Source: Gammaproteobacteria bacterium
Lineage (GTDB): Bacteria > Pseudomonadota > Gammaproteobacteria > JBCCGL01
Assembly: GCA_965277715.1 (NCBI GenBank)
Contig: OZ255836.1
Coordinates: 544,001 to 608,000 of the forward strand
Direction: 5' to 3'
Length of the DNA stretch: 64,000 nucleotides
Shown here piece by piece: positions 1-10,447 of this stretch (positions within the stretch are counted from its first letter, which is position 1; each line of letters starts with the position of its first letter). The notes under the pieces were generated by a model. It searched no databases, was not told where the DNA came from, and was given only the letters and a program-made list of their open reading frames with translations. The translations under genes were made by a program, and so were the position numbers.

Positions 1-640
1 CTTCACGGCTGACCGCCGTCACTTCGCAGTTTTGAATAATATCGACACCCAGGCGGTCGGCACCACGCGCATAGCCCCAGGCCACTGCATCGTGACGCGC
101 ATTACCCGCCCGTTTTTGTACAGCGGCGCCAATAATTGGAAAGCGTGCGTTGTTGTAGTTGAGGTGCGGAATTTCGCGTTGCAGGGTGGGTAAATCCCAA
201 AGCTCACCGTCCGATCCGGTTAAACGCATCGTATTGTAGCGCCGTGCGGCCGCGTCACGCGCCGCCGGGCTATGCAACAGCGAGACGTGATGACGTTGAC
301 TGAACATCACATTGTAGTTCAGCTCGTGGCTGAGCTCTTCCCAGAGGGTTAACGAGTGTTCGTAAAAATCGCGATTGCCCGGCATCATATAATTGGAACG
401 CACAATCGTCGTATTGCGCCCCGCGTTGCCGCCGCCGAGCCAGCCTTTTTCCAGCACGGCTATATTCCTGATACCGTGATTCTTCGCCAGATAATAAGCC
501 GTTGCCAGGCCGTGCAACCCCGCACCGACGATAACCACATCGTATGCTTTCTGCGGCTCTGGATCGCGCCATTGACGATCCCAGTTTTTCTGACCGCTAA
601 AACCGTTTTTGAAAACGGCCCATGCGGAATATCGGGACAT
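1..640 (-). CDS. soxB: Sarcosine oxidase subunit beta family FAD oxidoreductase (5' part; runs off the window)
   Basis: Manual translation from ATG at 640 (not in the ORF track): MSRYSAWAVFKNG...WRDPEPQKAYDVVIVGAGLHGLATAYYLAKNHGIRNIAVLEKGWLGGGNAGRNTTIVRSNY...ARHDAVAWGYARGAD, the SoxB signature. Confidence 0.9.
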   Translation of the reverse strand, partial: MSRYSAWAVFKNGFSGQKNWDRQWRDPEPQKAYDVVIVGAGLHGLATAYYLAKNHGIRNIAVLEKGWLGGGNAGRNTTIVRSNYMMPGNRDFYEHSLTLWEELSHELNYNVMFSQRHHVSLLHSPAARDAAARRYNTMRLTGSDGELWDLPTLQREIPHLNYNNARFPIIGAAVQKRAGNARHDAVAWGYARGADRLGVDIIQNCEVTAVSRE

Positions 641-757
641 GTTGTTGTACTCCGGTGATTGGGTGTTGGTTTCTGAATCGACGTTCGTTCTGTCGCGGGA
701 TAGTAGTGTAACTGAGCGCCAAGGTATAGCCTCTGCGCGCAATTCTCTCCTGGTGCC

Positions 758-821
758 GGGTACTCAACTAGGCACTCAACCGGGTACTCAATCGGGCAGG
801 TACTCAACCGGGTACTCATCC
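758..821. repeat. Five near-identical 12-bp direct repeats (RGGYACTCAAYC) between the divergent soxB and deoR genes
   Basis: gggtactcaact / aggcactcaacc / gggtactcaatc / (gggc) aggtactcaacc / gggtactcatcc. Confidence 0.8.
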
Positions 822-999
822 AACACAGCAACCCGAAATGCTGTCAATTTAGAGAAAAACTTTCGGACGTATAATAAATTACTAGACAAAAGCTTCGTGT
901 GAAAGTTATATTATTTCAAACGAAGTATAATTTGTTGCCTGATGGGTGAATTCCCGGTTGTGGATCCACCCATCGAGAGAATTCAAATAATCAATAAAT

Positions 1000-1785
1000 A
1001 TGACTTTATCACGCCGACAACAGCGGATTATCGATAAGCTCCACGAGACCAATGGCGTGCTTTCCAGTGCGGAAATCACCTCCCTGTTCGATGTCTCGGT
1101 GCAAACCATCAGGAAAGACCTCAACGAACTGAGCGAGCTCGGGCTGGTGCGTCGGGTGCACGGTGGCATCAGCCTGCCGGGCAACCACCACAATCTGTCG
1201 TTCAGTAACCGCACCGTGATGAACCTCGCGGCAAAACAGACTATTGCGCGCAAAGTGGTTGAGTTGTTGCCTGAAAACAGCAGCCTCTTTCTCGGTATCG
1301 GCACCACCCCGCAGCAAGTCGCCCAGGCCTTGCTGGACCACCCCGGGTTGACCGTTGTGACCAATAATATCAACGCCTCACTGACGCTGGGCAACAACCC
1401 CAATATCCAAACCTATCTGGCCGGGGGGGTAGTGCGCGCCAGTGACCAGGACACGATGGGGCCGGAGACAACCGCCTTCTTGAATAAATTCACTATCCAA
1501 TACGGCGTATTTGGCATTGGAGGGCTGAACCAGAAAGGGCAGCTACTCGATTTCTCTCCCGAGGAGTCGAGTGTGTCCCGTACAATTATGGAAAACAGCG
1601 AGACGTGCATACTCGTCGCCGACCATACCAAGATCGACCGCTATGCACCGGTCATTACCGGCACGCTGGGTGATATTGATATGCTGGTCATGGATTGCAT
1701 ACCGGAATCCATCAAGCAATCCTGCGTGGGGTTTGAAACTGAAACAATTGACGTGGGGCCTACCCCGGGATTTTTATCTTGTTAA
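1000..1785 (+). CDS. DeoR/GlpR family transcriptional regulator
   Basis: N-terminal HTH 'FDVSVQTIRKDLNEL...VRRVHGG' and DeoR sensor motifs 'GTT', 'VVTNN', 'ILVADHTK'. Confidence 0.93.
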   Translation: MTLSRRQQRIIDKLHETNGVLSSAEITSLFDVSVQTIRKDLNELSELGLVRRVHGGISLPGNHHNLSFSNRTVMNLAAKQTIARKVVELLPENSSLFLGIGTTPQQVAQALLDHPGLTVVTNNINASLTLGNNPNIQTYLAGGVVRASDQDTMGPETTAFLNKFTIQYGVFGIGGLNQKGQLLDFSPEESSVSRTIMENSETCILVADHTKIDRYAPVITGTLGDIDMLVMDCIPESIKQSCVGFETETIDVGPTPGFLSC

Positions 1786-2765
1786 AGGTTGATGCAATAT
1801 CGCGTAGCTATGGCGGCCTAACGGTTGTCGACAAGCTGAGTTTTACCGTCAAAGAGGGCGAGTTCGTCGCTTTGCTGGGGCCTTCTGGCTGTGGCAAGTC
1901 GACTTCCCTGAAAATCATCGCGGGCCTGGAGACGCCAGACACCGGGTCGATTGAACTGGAGGGCAGGGACATCACCCACCTCTCCCCCGGCGAGCGCAAA
2001 CTGGCGATGGTGTTTCAATCCTACGCGCTCTTTCCGCACCTCAAGGTCGAGGAAAATATCCTGTTTGGTCTACAGGCGAGAAAAGTGCCCAGGGAAGAGC
2101 AAAAAAAACGCCTTGACGCCGTTGTCGAGCTGGTCGGGCTGGGCGACTACCTACAAAGAAAACCGGGACAACTTTCCGGTGGCCAGTGCCAGCGCGTCGC
2201 GTTGGCCAGGGCGATTGTTGCACAAGCCAAGCTGTGCCTGATGGACGAACCCCTGTCTAACCTCGATGCCAAACTGCGCAACGAAATGCGCACCGAAATC
2301 AGAGCGCTGCAACAGCGCCTGGGCATGTCGGTCATTTATGTCACCCACGATCAGGTCGAGGCGATGAGCATGGCCGACCGGATCGTGTTGATGAATAGCG
2401 GAAAAATCGAACAGATCGATGTGCCTGAAGCGCTCTACAACAAACCAAAAACAGTTTTCACAGCTCAGTTTATCGGCAGTCCACCGATGAACATCATCTC
2501 ATCAGGGAGTGACGACCCGGTATCAGGGAACGACTACCTGGGTATCCGGCCCGAACATATCGAGATTTCAGAACAGGGTATGCCGGCCAGGGTTATTAGC
2601 TGCGACTACCACGGCGCCGATACTATCGTGCTCGCCGCTGTTAGTGGACAGGGGGAACAACAAAAGCGGGTCAAAATACGTTATCCGGGGCACGCCCTGT
2701 TTGCATCCGGCCAGCCAATAGCGATTCGCTGGGCGCCCGAAAATGAACACAGATTTCCGCGTTGA
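1779..2765 (+). CDS. ABC transporter ATP-binding protein (UgpC/MalK-like)
   Basis: GPSGCGKS, LSGGQCQRVAL, LMDEPLSNLDAKLR, VTHDQVEAM. Confidence 0.95.
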   Translation: MLKVDAISRSYGGLTVVDKLSFTVKEGEFVALLGPSGCGKSTSLKIIAGLETPDTGSIELEGRDITHLSPGERKLAMVFQSYALFPHLKVEENILFGLQARKVPREEQKKRLDAVVELVGLGDYLQRKPGQLSGGQCQRVALARAIVAQAKLCLMDEPLSNLDAKLRNEMRTEIRALQQRLGMSVIYVTHDQVEAMSMADRIVLMNSGKIEQIDVPEALYNKPKTVFTAQFIGSPPMNIISSGSDDPVSGNDYLGIRPEHIEISEQGMPARVISCDYHGADTIVLAAVSGQGEQQKRVKIRYPGHALFASGQPIAIRWAPENEHRFPR

Positions 2766-2821
2766 TCGCTGCGTTCGATTCACAACCACACAACCTATAA
2801 ACACGATGAGGAAGAGTATCA

Positions 2822-4108
2822 ATGAAAACCTTCACTAAATGCCTGAAGACTGTTGGCATTGCGTCAATCCTGGGATTGAGCAGTGCGGCCAGTGCTGGCA
2901 CTGAATTGACGATGTACTACCCGGTTGCCGTCGGTGGTTCGCTGACGAAAATTGTCGATGGCATCGTCGATAAATTCGAGGCCGCAAACCCCGATATTGA
3001 CGTTACCGCCATCTACGCCGGCAATTACAACGACGCCCGCGTCAAAGCGCTCGCCGCGCTGCAAAGTGGTACGCCCGCCCAATTGTCGGTGATGTTCTCC
3101 ATCGATATCCACGAGTTGCGCAACCTTGAGGCCATCGTCGCGTTTGATGACATTGTCAGTACTGATGCAGAGCGCGAGTGGTTAAACAGCTTCTACCCGG
3201 CGTTGATGGAAAACGGCAAGGCCGACGGCAAAACCTGGGGTGTGCCTTTTCAACGCTCGACCATCGTCATGTACTACAACAAAGACATGTTTCGGGCGGC
3301 GGGCCTGGACCCTGAAACTCCCCCCACCACTTGGGAAGAATTTGCCAGCATGGGCCAACAACTGGTTAAAAAAGACAGCAATGGCAATGTCCAGCAGTGG
3401 GGCGCGATGATCCCATCCACGGGCTACCCCTATTGGATGTTTGGCGCCCTGGCCAAGCAAAATGGTGAAGTGCTGATGAATCAGGCCGGTAACCAAACCT
3501 ACTTTGACAACCCCGGCGTTATCGCCGCGTTGGAATACTGGCAGGACCTGGGCAACAAATACGGCATCATGCCCAAAGGTGTGATCGAATGGGGCACCCT
3601 GCGTCAAAACTTTCTCGATCAGAAAACCGCCATCATGTGGCACTCGACCGGTAACCTGACCACCGTTAAAAACAAAGCCGGTTTTGATTTTGGCGTCGCC
3701 AAATTACCGGGTAATAAAGAACTGGGCTCGCCTACCGGTGGCGGTAACTTCTATATCTTCAAAAAATCGTCTGACGAAGAAAAGCAGGCGGCGCTGAAAC
3801 TGGTGAAGTTCATGACCTCGCCCGAGCAGGCCGCACACTGGTCAAAAGCAACCGGGTATATGGGTGTCGGCCCAAGCGCCTACGAAACAGAAACGCTCAA
3901 AGCCTACGTAAAAGCGTTCCCACCTGCGGCAGTGGCGCGTGATCAGCTCACCTATGCCACCGCCGAACTGTCTACCCACGAGGCGGGCCGTGTGCGCAAA
4001 TACCTCGATGACGCAATCCAGGCCGCGTTAACCGGGCAGGCGACGGCAAAAGAGGCATTAACGGACGCTCAAAAGCAGGCCAAGGCGGTTTTGCGTCGCT
4101 ATAAATAG
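2822..4108 (+). CDS. ABC transporter substrate-binding protein (UgpB-like)
   Basis: Signal peptide; 'PFQRSTIVMYYNKDMF...PPTTWEE'; operon context. Confidence 0.9.
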   Translation: MKTFTKCLKTVGIASILGLSSAASAGTELTMYYPVAVGGSLTKIVDGIVDKFEAANPDIDVTAIYAGNYNDARVKALAALQSGTPAQLSVMFSIDIHELRNLEAIVAFDDIVSTDAEREWLNSFYPALMENGKADGKTWGVPFQRSTIVMYYNKDMFRAAGLDPETPPTTWEEFASMGQQLVKKDSNGNVQQWGAMIPSTGYPYWMFGALAKQNGEVLMNQAGNQTYFDNPGVIAALEYWQDLGNKYGIMPKGVIEWGTLRQNFLDQKTAIMWHSTGNLTTVKNKAGFDFGVAKLPGNKELGSPTGGGNFYIFKKSSDEEKQAALKLVKFMTSPEQAAHWSKATGYMGVGPSAYETETLKAYVKAFPPAAVARDQLTYATAELSTHEAGRVRKYLDDAIQAALTGQATAKEALTDAQKQAKAVLRRYK

Positions 4109-4117
4109 GCCATTGTC

Positions 4118-4144
4118 GGGGCCGGTTTAACAGTAACCGGCCCC
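4118..4144 (+). terminator. Intra-operon hairpin after the SBP gene (mRNA stabiliser or partial terminator)
   Basis: ggggccggtt-taacagt-aaccggcccc, 10-bp perfect stem. Confidence 0.6.
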
Positions 4145-4186
4145 AACCACCACCTTGACGACGCCAATACCTACGTTACAAAAATA

Positions 4187-5059
4187 ATGCTTAACCGATT
4201 CAATTTGAAAGCCTGGCTGCTGTTGCTACCGGCGCTATCGCTGCTGATGGCATTCACGCACTGGCCCACGCTCACCTCCTTTTGGCGGAGCTTTACCTGG
4301 GCCAGGTCAGACGCCGCCCCAAGTAAATTCGTCGGTCTGGAGAACTACCAGATACTGCTGGACGACCCGGTATTCTGGATCGTCATCGAAAACAACTTCT
4401 GGTACGCACTCGGCACAGTCCCTACATCCATTGCCCTCGCCATCGCCATGGCGCTGTGGGTGAACAGTAAAATTCGCTGCACCGGCCTGCTGCGCCTGGC
4501 CTTTTTCACGCCGACCATATTGCCGATGATTACCGTGGCGAATATCTGGTTATTTTTCTACAGCCCCAACATCGGTTTGTTCAACCAGCTACTGGGGCTT
4601 ATCGGTATCCAAGGCCCCAACTGGCTCGGAGACCCCGATATCGCCTTGTCCAGCTTAATGGTCATGACGGTCTGGAAAGAGGCGGGGTTTTTTATGATTT
4701 TTTATCTCGCGGCCCTGCAAACACTAAGCCCCGAGCTATTTGATGCGGCAAAAGTAGAGGGTGCCAGCGCGTGGCGCATGTTCAGAAAAATAACCTTTCC
4801 ACTGCTGATGCCGACCACACTCTTCGTCTTGATCAATGCACTGCTGAACGCCTTTAAACTGGTCGATCACCTGTTTATCCTGACCAAGGGTGGCCCCAAT
4901 AATGCGAGTAATTTACTTTTATATTATATCTACGAAACCGCGTTCAGCTTTCTCGATAGCTATTACGCCGCCACCCTAACCGTCGTTATGCTGGTGACCC
5001 TGGCGTTGATTGCCCTGGTACAAATGCTTGTCATCGACCGCAGAATCCACTACCGGTAA
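4187..5059 (+). CDS. Carbohydrate ABC transporter permease (UgpA-like)
   Basis: TM helices; EAA loop 'ELFDAAKVEGASAWRMFRKITFPLL'. Confidence 0.93.
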   Translation: MLNRFNLKAWLLLLPALSLLMAFTHWPTLTSFWRSFTWARSDAAPSKFVGLENYQILLDDPVFWIVIENNFWYALGTVPTSIALAIAMALWVNSKIRCTGLLRLAFFTPTILPMITVANIWLFFYSPNIGLFNQLLGLIGIQGPNWLGDPDIALSSLMVMTVWKEAGFFMIFYLAALQTLSPELFDAAKVEGASAWRMFRKITFPLLMPTTLFVLINALLNAFKLVDHLFILTKGGPNNASNLLLYYIYETAFSFLDSYYAATLTVVMLVTLALIALVQMLVIDRRIHYR

Positions 5060-5065
5060 AAAGTC

Positions 5066-5875
5066 ATGTCTACCTGGTTTCAATATTGTTCAAAAATATC
5101 GGCCTACCTGCTGGGCATTGTCTGGGTATTGCCCCTGCTATACGCATTTTGGGCCGCGTTTCACCCCCCCGAGTTTGCCACCCATTTCTCGCTGACTGCG
5201 CCATTGACGCTGGACAATTTTGCATCGGCCTGGGAGCAGGCGCCGTTTTTCCGCTATATGCTAAACACCATCGTTATCACCACCCTGATTCTGGTGTCAC
5301 AGCTCATCCTCTGCACCTTGGCCGGTTATGCGCTGGCGCGTGAAAAGTTTGCCGGGCGCGGCTTTGCCTTTGCCCTGGTCCTGACACAATTAATGGTGAT
5401 GCCTGAAGTCCTGATCGTTGAAAACTACCAAACCCTGGCCAGGCTCGATCTGGTCGATAGCTACCTCGGTGTCGGCCTGCCGTACCTGGCCAGCGCCTTC
5501 GGTATTTTTCTGTTGCGACAGACATTTAAAACCGTGCCCCAGGAGCTTGAAGACGCCGCCCGGGTGGAAGGCCTGTCCGGCCTTGGCATTATCTGGAAAG
5601 TATTTGTACCGCTCGCCTTCCCAACCTACCTGGCCTTTAGCCTGGTCTCTGTCAGTTACCACTGGAATAATTTTTTATGGCCCCTGGTTGTCACCAATAC
5701 CGAGGCGAGCCGACCGTTAACCGTTGGCATGGCAATTTTTGGCGCCCCGGAATCGGGCGTCGATTGGTCGGTTATCTCGGCGGGCACCCTGATCGCCATC
5801 GGCCCACTATTGATTCTGTTTTTGATCTTCCAGCGCCGCTTTATTCAATCGTTTATGCAGGCGGGTATCAAATAA
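5066..5875 (+). CDS. Carbohydrate ABC transporter permease (UgpE-like)
   Basis: 'ELEDAARVEG', 'WNNFLWPL'. Confidence 0.93.
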   Translation: MSTWFQYCSKISAYLLGIVWVLPLLYAFWAAFHPPEFATHFSLTAPLTLDNFASAWEQAPFFRYMLNTIVITTLILVSQLILCTLAGYALAREKFAGRGFAFALVLTQLMVMPEVLIVENYQTLARLDLVDSYLGVGLPYLASAFGIFLLRQTFKTVPQELEDAARVEGLSGLGIIWKVFVPLAFPTYLAFSLVSVSYHWNNFLWPLVVTNTEASRPLTVGMAIFGAPESGVDWSVISAGTLIAIGPLLILFLIFQRRFIQSFMQAGIK

Positions 5876-6727
5876 ATGCGGATCCTGTCCTGGAACGTTC
5901 AATACGGTAAATCGGCTAATAACACGCTCAACTTTATTCGGACGCTGGAGCACATCCAATCGCTGGGCAAATCTGTCGGCGAATTCGATGTTATCTGTTT
6001 GCAGGAGATAGCGCGCCACATGGCGGACTATTGCCTGCCGGGGCAGGAGGATCAGGTACAGCTCGCGCAACAATATTTCGAGCGCTACAGCCCGGTGTGG
6101 GGTTCTGGGTTTAGCTGGCCGGGCGCCAGCGGTAACCGGTTGGCGCGACAGGCGTTTGGCAATTTGACCCTGACCCGGTCTGACCCGCTGGACTATAAAG
6201 TACATCAGTTGCCGCAGCCCGCCGCGCCGGGAAAGTGGCAAATGCCACGGGTTGCGATTGAGACCTGTATCGCCTCGAAGATTGGCCCCTTGAGTATCGT
6301 CAACACCCACCTCGCTTTTCACGATAGCAATGAAACCCAGCGGCAGCTTGAACACTTCACCCACCTGGAGCAGGAGCGCCTGGCGCATCATCAACTGCCG
6401 AAAAATGCAGGCCCGGGGTGTTACCAAAAAGGCTGCCTGGCATCGGCGCGTATCGTCTGTGGCGACTTTAATTTTGAGCCGGAATCGGCACATTACCAGT
6501 ACCAAATAAACAGCGGCTGGCACGATGCATGGCGAGGTTATTGCCCCAGTGAACCACACCAGCCCACCTGTGGCATTTTCGATACGCAGCAGTGGCCCCA
6601 GGGCGTGCACTGCAGGGATTATTTCTGGCTCAGCAATGCACTTGCCGCCTATCCAGTCAGCGTCCGCGTCGACAGCGAGACCGATCTGTCAGACCACCAG
6701 CCCATTATTCTTGAGATAAACGTTTGA
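5876..6727 (+). CDS. Endonuclease/exonuclease/phosphatase (EEP) family protein
   Basis: 'SWNV', 'LQE', 'NTHL', 'GDFN', 'SDHQP' motifs. Confidence 0.9.
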   Translation: MRILSWNVQYGKSANNTLNFIRTLEHIQSLGKSVGEFDVICLQEIARHMADYCLPGQEDQVQLAQQYFERYSPVWGSGFSWPGASGNRLARQAFGNLTLTRSDPLDYKVHQLPQPAAPGKWQMPRVAIETCIASKIGPLSIVNTHLAFHDSNETQRQLEHFTHLEQERLAHHQLPKNAGPGCYQKGCLASARIVCGDFNFEPESAHYQYQINSGWHDAWRGYCPSEPHQPTCGIFDTQQWPQGVHCRDYFWLSNALAAYPVSVRVDSETDLSDHQPIILEINV

Positions 6728-7512
6728 ATCCCCAGCCCTTACCCAAAATATTTCCGCATCAACCCAGGGTTCTTTTCACCGATGTCGATGACACCCTGAC
6801 CTGGAAAGGGCGCCTGCCGCATGAGGCCTTTACGGCCCTGGTCAAACTGCAACAATCGGGTATTAAGGTAATTCCCGTTACCGGTGCGAGTGCGGGCTGG
6901 TGTGACTGCATGATCCGCACCTGGCCTATCGAATCGATTATCGGGGAAAATGGCGCTTATTTTGTTGATCGCAACAGTGAGGGCCGTTTGTCCTATCACT
7001 TTTCGGTGGGGGAATCTGAGCGCTCGGCCAATTGGCGGCGTCTCCTGCAACTCAAAAAAGAAGTGGTCAGTAAATTTTCGAGTGCACACCCAACAGCGGA
7101 TCAGCCGTTTCGGCTCACCGATATAGCGTTTGACATCAATCAGGATCGAAAAGTGGAAAGAGCGGAGGCTTTTGAAATTGCCAGATTTTGTGAAGCGTCC
7201 GGGATGAATGTGAAAATCAGTTCGATACATATCAACGTATGGTGTGGGGAATACAATAAAGCATCGACGGCGAATGAGTGGTTGGCGCACCATAAAATTG
7301 AGCACAGCGACGCGATGTTTATCGGTGACTCCCCGAATGATGATTCGATGTTTTCAAACTTTTCTCATACTGTTGGTGTCGCCAACATTCAGCCGTTTAT
7401 CGATGAGCTTAATGCGCCGCCAGGTTATATGACGCACCATCCCGGTGGTTATGGGTTTGCTGAAATGGCGGCTTCTTTAATAGAGGGGCGCCGTGTTGAC
7501 GGGGGTCGCTAA
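6724..7512 (+). CDS. HAD-IIB family hydrolase
   Basis: 'FTDVDDTLT', 'VTG', 'GENGA', 'GDSPND'. Confidence 0.9.
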   Translation: MNPQPLPKIFPHQPRVLFTDVDDTLTWKGRLPHEAFTALVKLQQSGIKVIPVTGASAGWCDCMIRTWPIESIIGENGAYFVDRNSEGRLSYHFSVGESERSANWRRLLQLKKEVVSKFSSAHPTADQPFRLTDIAFDINQDRKVERAEAFEIARFCEASGMNVKISSIHINVWCGEYNKASTANEWLAHHKIEHSDAMFIGDSPNDDSMFSNFSHTVGVANIQPFIDELNAPPGYMTHHPGGYGFAEMAASLIEGRRVDGGR

Positions 7513-7561
7513 ACAGTAGTGGTTGTACTTCAATTGGTTTTGCATTTTTTTCAGAGCCGTC

Positions 7562-7586
7562 ACCCCGGCCCAGCCAGGCCGGGGGT
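7562..7586. terminator. GC-rich hairpin ending the Ugp-like operon, near the left island edge
   Basis: accccggcc...ggccgggggt inverted repeat followed by AT-rich sequence. Confidence 0.45.
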
Positions 7587-7874
7587 TATCGATGTTTATT
7601 TTAATTGGAAACCTGCTGTTTATTTACTAAGAGGCACCCACTCTCCATTAACAGATTGATAATTCAACCAATAGCTGTCTCCACCGTGTTTTTTACGAAA
7701 TTTCCCTGTTTCATACGCGTTATAGGGAAGACTGAAACTTGAATCTGAGTAATCCTCCCGACAGCGAGCAGCAGCGTTATCAAATGTGACGACGGCTTTT
7801 GTTAACTCCAGTGTATTATCAGTGGTGCGCATAAAACCCATGCTAAAGTAGAATAAAAAAACTTCATATATCTA

Positions 7875-8135
7875 TCACCTATAAACTTCTCTTCTATGCT
7901 TCACTTTAACAACCAAAACATGAAGTTTTTCATCATCTCTTGAACACAGAAGCCTATAATCCCCAACCCTGAATTTATAAAGCCCTGACTTATCGCCAGT
8001 TAAAGGAATAAGGGCTAATTGGGGATTAATTACCAGTCTTTCAAAAACAGCCTTTTTAATTCTTGATTGTATTTTATCATCAAGCTTTTGAAACTGCTTT
8101 TCAGCTTTCTTTGAAAATTCAAACGTCCACGTCAT
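7875..8135 (-). CDS. relE: Type II toxin, RelE/StbE family
   Basis: 'FSKKAEKQFQKLD...LYKFRVGDYRLL...VKVKHRREVYR'. Confidence 0.92.
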   Translation of the reverse strand: MTWTFEFSKKAEKQFQKLDDKIQSRIKKAVFERLVINPQLALIPLTGDKSGLYKFRVGDYRLLCSRDDEKLHVLVVKVKHRREVYR

Positions 8136-8140
8136 ATTAG

Positions 8141-8392
8141 CTATTTTACGCTTTTAAAAACTTCTTCAAAAGGAATACCTTTTTCACCCGATGCAATAAA
8201 TGCATCATGGGCTTGTTTAGCTTCCTCATAATCTTCTAAATCTTCAAGCTTATCTCTCAATAATTGCTCTAGTCCTTTTTTGATGTAGTAGCTTTTAGAC
8301 CTTTCCTCAGCCCGTGAAACTTTGTCTAGCATCTCTCCTAACTCTACGGGAATATTGGCGGAAACGCTTATAGATGTAGTAGTCATAATCAC
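8141..8392 (-). CDS. RelB-like ribbon-helix-helix antitoxin
   Basis: RHH 'LDKVSRAEERSKSYYIKKGLE', acidic 'LEDLEDY'; directly upstream of relE. Confidence 0.85.
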   Translation of the reverse strand: MIMTTTSISVSANIPVELGEMLDKVSRAEERSKSYYIKKGLEQLLRDKLEDLEDYEEAKQAHDAFIASGEKGIPFEEVFKSVK

Positions 8393-8521
8393 ACCTCATT
8401 AGAAAATAAACCTATCGTAGGTATAGTATAGCGCTCTTTGCAGAAGTCAATATTTTTTGCAATACTTTGCAATATCAAAATATCTATATCATAAAACCTA
8501 CCACTGCTGTTCCGTTAACTT

Positions 8522-8720
8522 TCATAGTAACTTCATTTGATTAATATCAGGCATACCATCTTGTATTGGGTCACCACGGAGTAATGCCATCAGGTCTTGC
8601 TTTTCAAACAGATTGGTCTGCAATAGCCTTAATATTTGTTGCATACTTTTAGTCAAGCCCGATTGCAACTTGAGGAAAGCCAGTATTAAATAAACGCACA
8701 TTGCAACCCATAACAGAAGT
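8522..8720 (-). mobile_element. IS4-family transposase C-terminal remnant
   Basis: 'WVAMCVYLILAFLKLQS...SMQQILRLLQTNLFEKQDLMALLRGDP' resembles IS4-family C-termini; no N-terminal part. Confidence 0.6.
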
Positions 8721-8784
8721 GTACAAATGGAAAAATACCCGAGCAATATTTTTGATTATTTTGGAGAAATTGAAAATTATAGAC

Positions 8785-8983
8785 GTGTTTTTTGCATTGG
8801 GTTGAATCCCTTAATCCATTGTTAAATAAAGAGGTTGTTGCAATAGACGGTAAAACACTACGTCGTTCACATGAGAGTGAAACCAATAAAGCTGCCATCC
8901 ATATGGTAAGCGCCTGGGCAACGGCAAGTGGTTGAGTGTAAGGTCAAGTGAAAACGTCAGAGAAATCCAATGAAATTACAGCT
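8785..8983 (+). pseudogene. ISAs1-family transposase fragment with internal stops
   Basis: Manual translation: HWVESLNPLLNKEVVAIDGKTLRRSH...AIHMVSAWATASG*V*GQVKTSEKSNEITA. Confidence 0.88.
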
Positions 8984-9033
8984 TACCGCATAGATTACCT
9001 GAATTGTATAAAAAACCATCAATAGATTTTCAT

Positions 9034-9095
9034 GAAAGTGAAGGAAAGTGAAGGAAAGGGAAGGGAAGGGAAGGGAAGGGAAGGGAAGGGAAGGA
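9034..9095. repeat. Purine-rich microsatellite (AAGGG)n
   Basis: Seven perfect AAGGG units at 9056-9090 plus degenerate flanks. Confidence 0.9.
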
Positions 9096-9240
9096 AATAA
9101 ATTGCAAAGAAATAAGGCGCTGCTGGTTTACCAGGTCTGTTAACAAGCTGCCTATGTTGAGCGAGTGGGCCGGTTTGACAGGTATAGCGATGATAGAGTT
9201 CGAAGGAACATTATTCTTTCACGCCAGCTTGACAGGCTGG

Positions 9241-10125
9241 TTATTGATTGTACTTCTTTAAAATTTTATCGTACTGCCCGGTTCTTTTTAATGTATCAAG
9301 CGCCTCCTGAAACTGCCTTATGTACTCGTCTGGGGTGTTTTTATTAAATGCAAAATAAAAATCATAGGTTCCCAGTGTATAGATGACTGCGTAGTCGTTA
9401 ATTTCCTGTCCTTTTTTGGCGATCATGGAGAACCCAGCCGATTGTGCAATAGCGATAAGGTCTATCTTGTCATTGCTGAGTTTGTCGATATTGACCTCTG
9501 GAAAGGTACTGATATCAAGATAGTACTCGCTAATGCCCATTTCCTTTAAAAGTTGAATCGCCGCCGTTTTGGCGGTCACGCCCACCCTGTAATTTCTAAT
9601 ATCGTCTATATGCTTGATTTTAATGTTTTTTGATTTCTTGCCAATTAGTACATAAAAATCTGTATTTATCGGGCCTGCCCATTTAAACAGATCCTCTCTT
9701 GATCCTGTCCTGGCCATGGAAAATAACATGCTGTTATTCGTGATTCTGGTGATATCATAAGCAGCACTCCAGTCCATAAGCCGAATATGTTGAGTGTCAA
9801 AGTCTGTGCCCATTACATGAAATATGGCTTTTAACAGATCGACGCCGATACCTTTTAATTCTGAACCTTCCCGGTAATTATAAGGTGGTTCTGCCACTGT
9901 GAAAATTGGCATTTTATCCTCTTTCCTGGAATTATCTTCTGTTATTGTTTTTTCGATTAGTCTATTTCCAACAACAGATAAATCGACCCCGATAAATTTA
10001 AAAACGAGAAACACAAGCAATAGGCTGCCTAACAATGCAAGCATCCATTTAGGTACAAAGTTGATCAGGTCGTTAATATTGGTGATTGGGTTTTCCGGTT
10101 TATCTTCTTTCATTTTTTTTCTCAT
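9241..10125 (-). CDS. Orphan SBP_bac_3-type substrate-binding protein with N-terminal membrane anchor
   Basis: 'PPYNY..G.ELKGIGVDL', 'RTGSREDLFKWAGP', 'YFAFNKNT...FQEALD.LK..GQYDKILKKY'. Confidence 0.8.
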   Translation of the reverse strand: MRKKMKEDKPENPITNINDLINFVPKWMLALLGSLLLVFLVFKFIGVDLSVVGNRLIEKTITEDNSRKEDKMPIFTVAEPPYNYREGSELKGIGVDLLKAIFHVMGTDFDTQHIRLMDWSAAYDITRITNNSMLFSMARTGSREDLFKWAGPINTDFYVLIGKKSKNIKIKHIDDIRNYRVGVTAKTAAIQLLKEMGISEYYLDISTFPEVNIDKLSNDKIDLIAIAQSAGFSMIAKKGQEINDYAVIYTLGTYDFYFAFNKNTPDEYIRQFQEALDTLKRTGQYDKILKKYNQ

Positions 10126-10447
10126 TTTTAATTATGAAATGTATAGTTAACTCGCTATTTTTAATATTGCGCAATAAATAACCTTATATTTTATAATTTT
10201 ATTTAGACAATGAGTAATTTTTTAATAACGCATTCAAGTCAATTTACCTATAAGATAAATAAATCCATTTACAAACCCGGCGTTTATTTCGTGTATGTAC
10301 TTGATGTTTACCGTGTTTTTATTTAGGCAGCGTAAGGTGTTACGAAACGTGCGCGAAATAATTTTCACTTTTATAATGCTACTTGAATAATTTCTGGACA
10401 AACATCTTTATTATAAAATCAGCATCGATGTCATTTCTGTGCAAGGT

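Noticed and set aside
7620-7841. 73-aa minus-strand ORF after relE
   Set aside because: No recognisable motif; probably a gene remnant at the island edge
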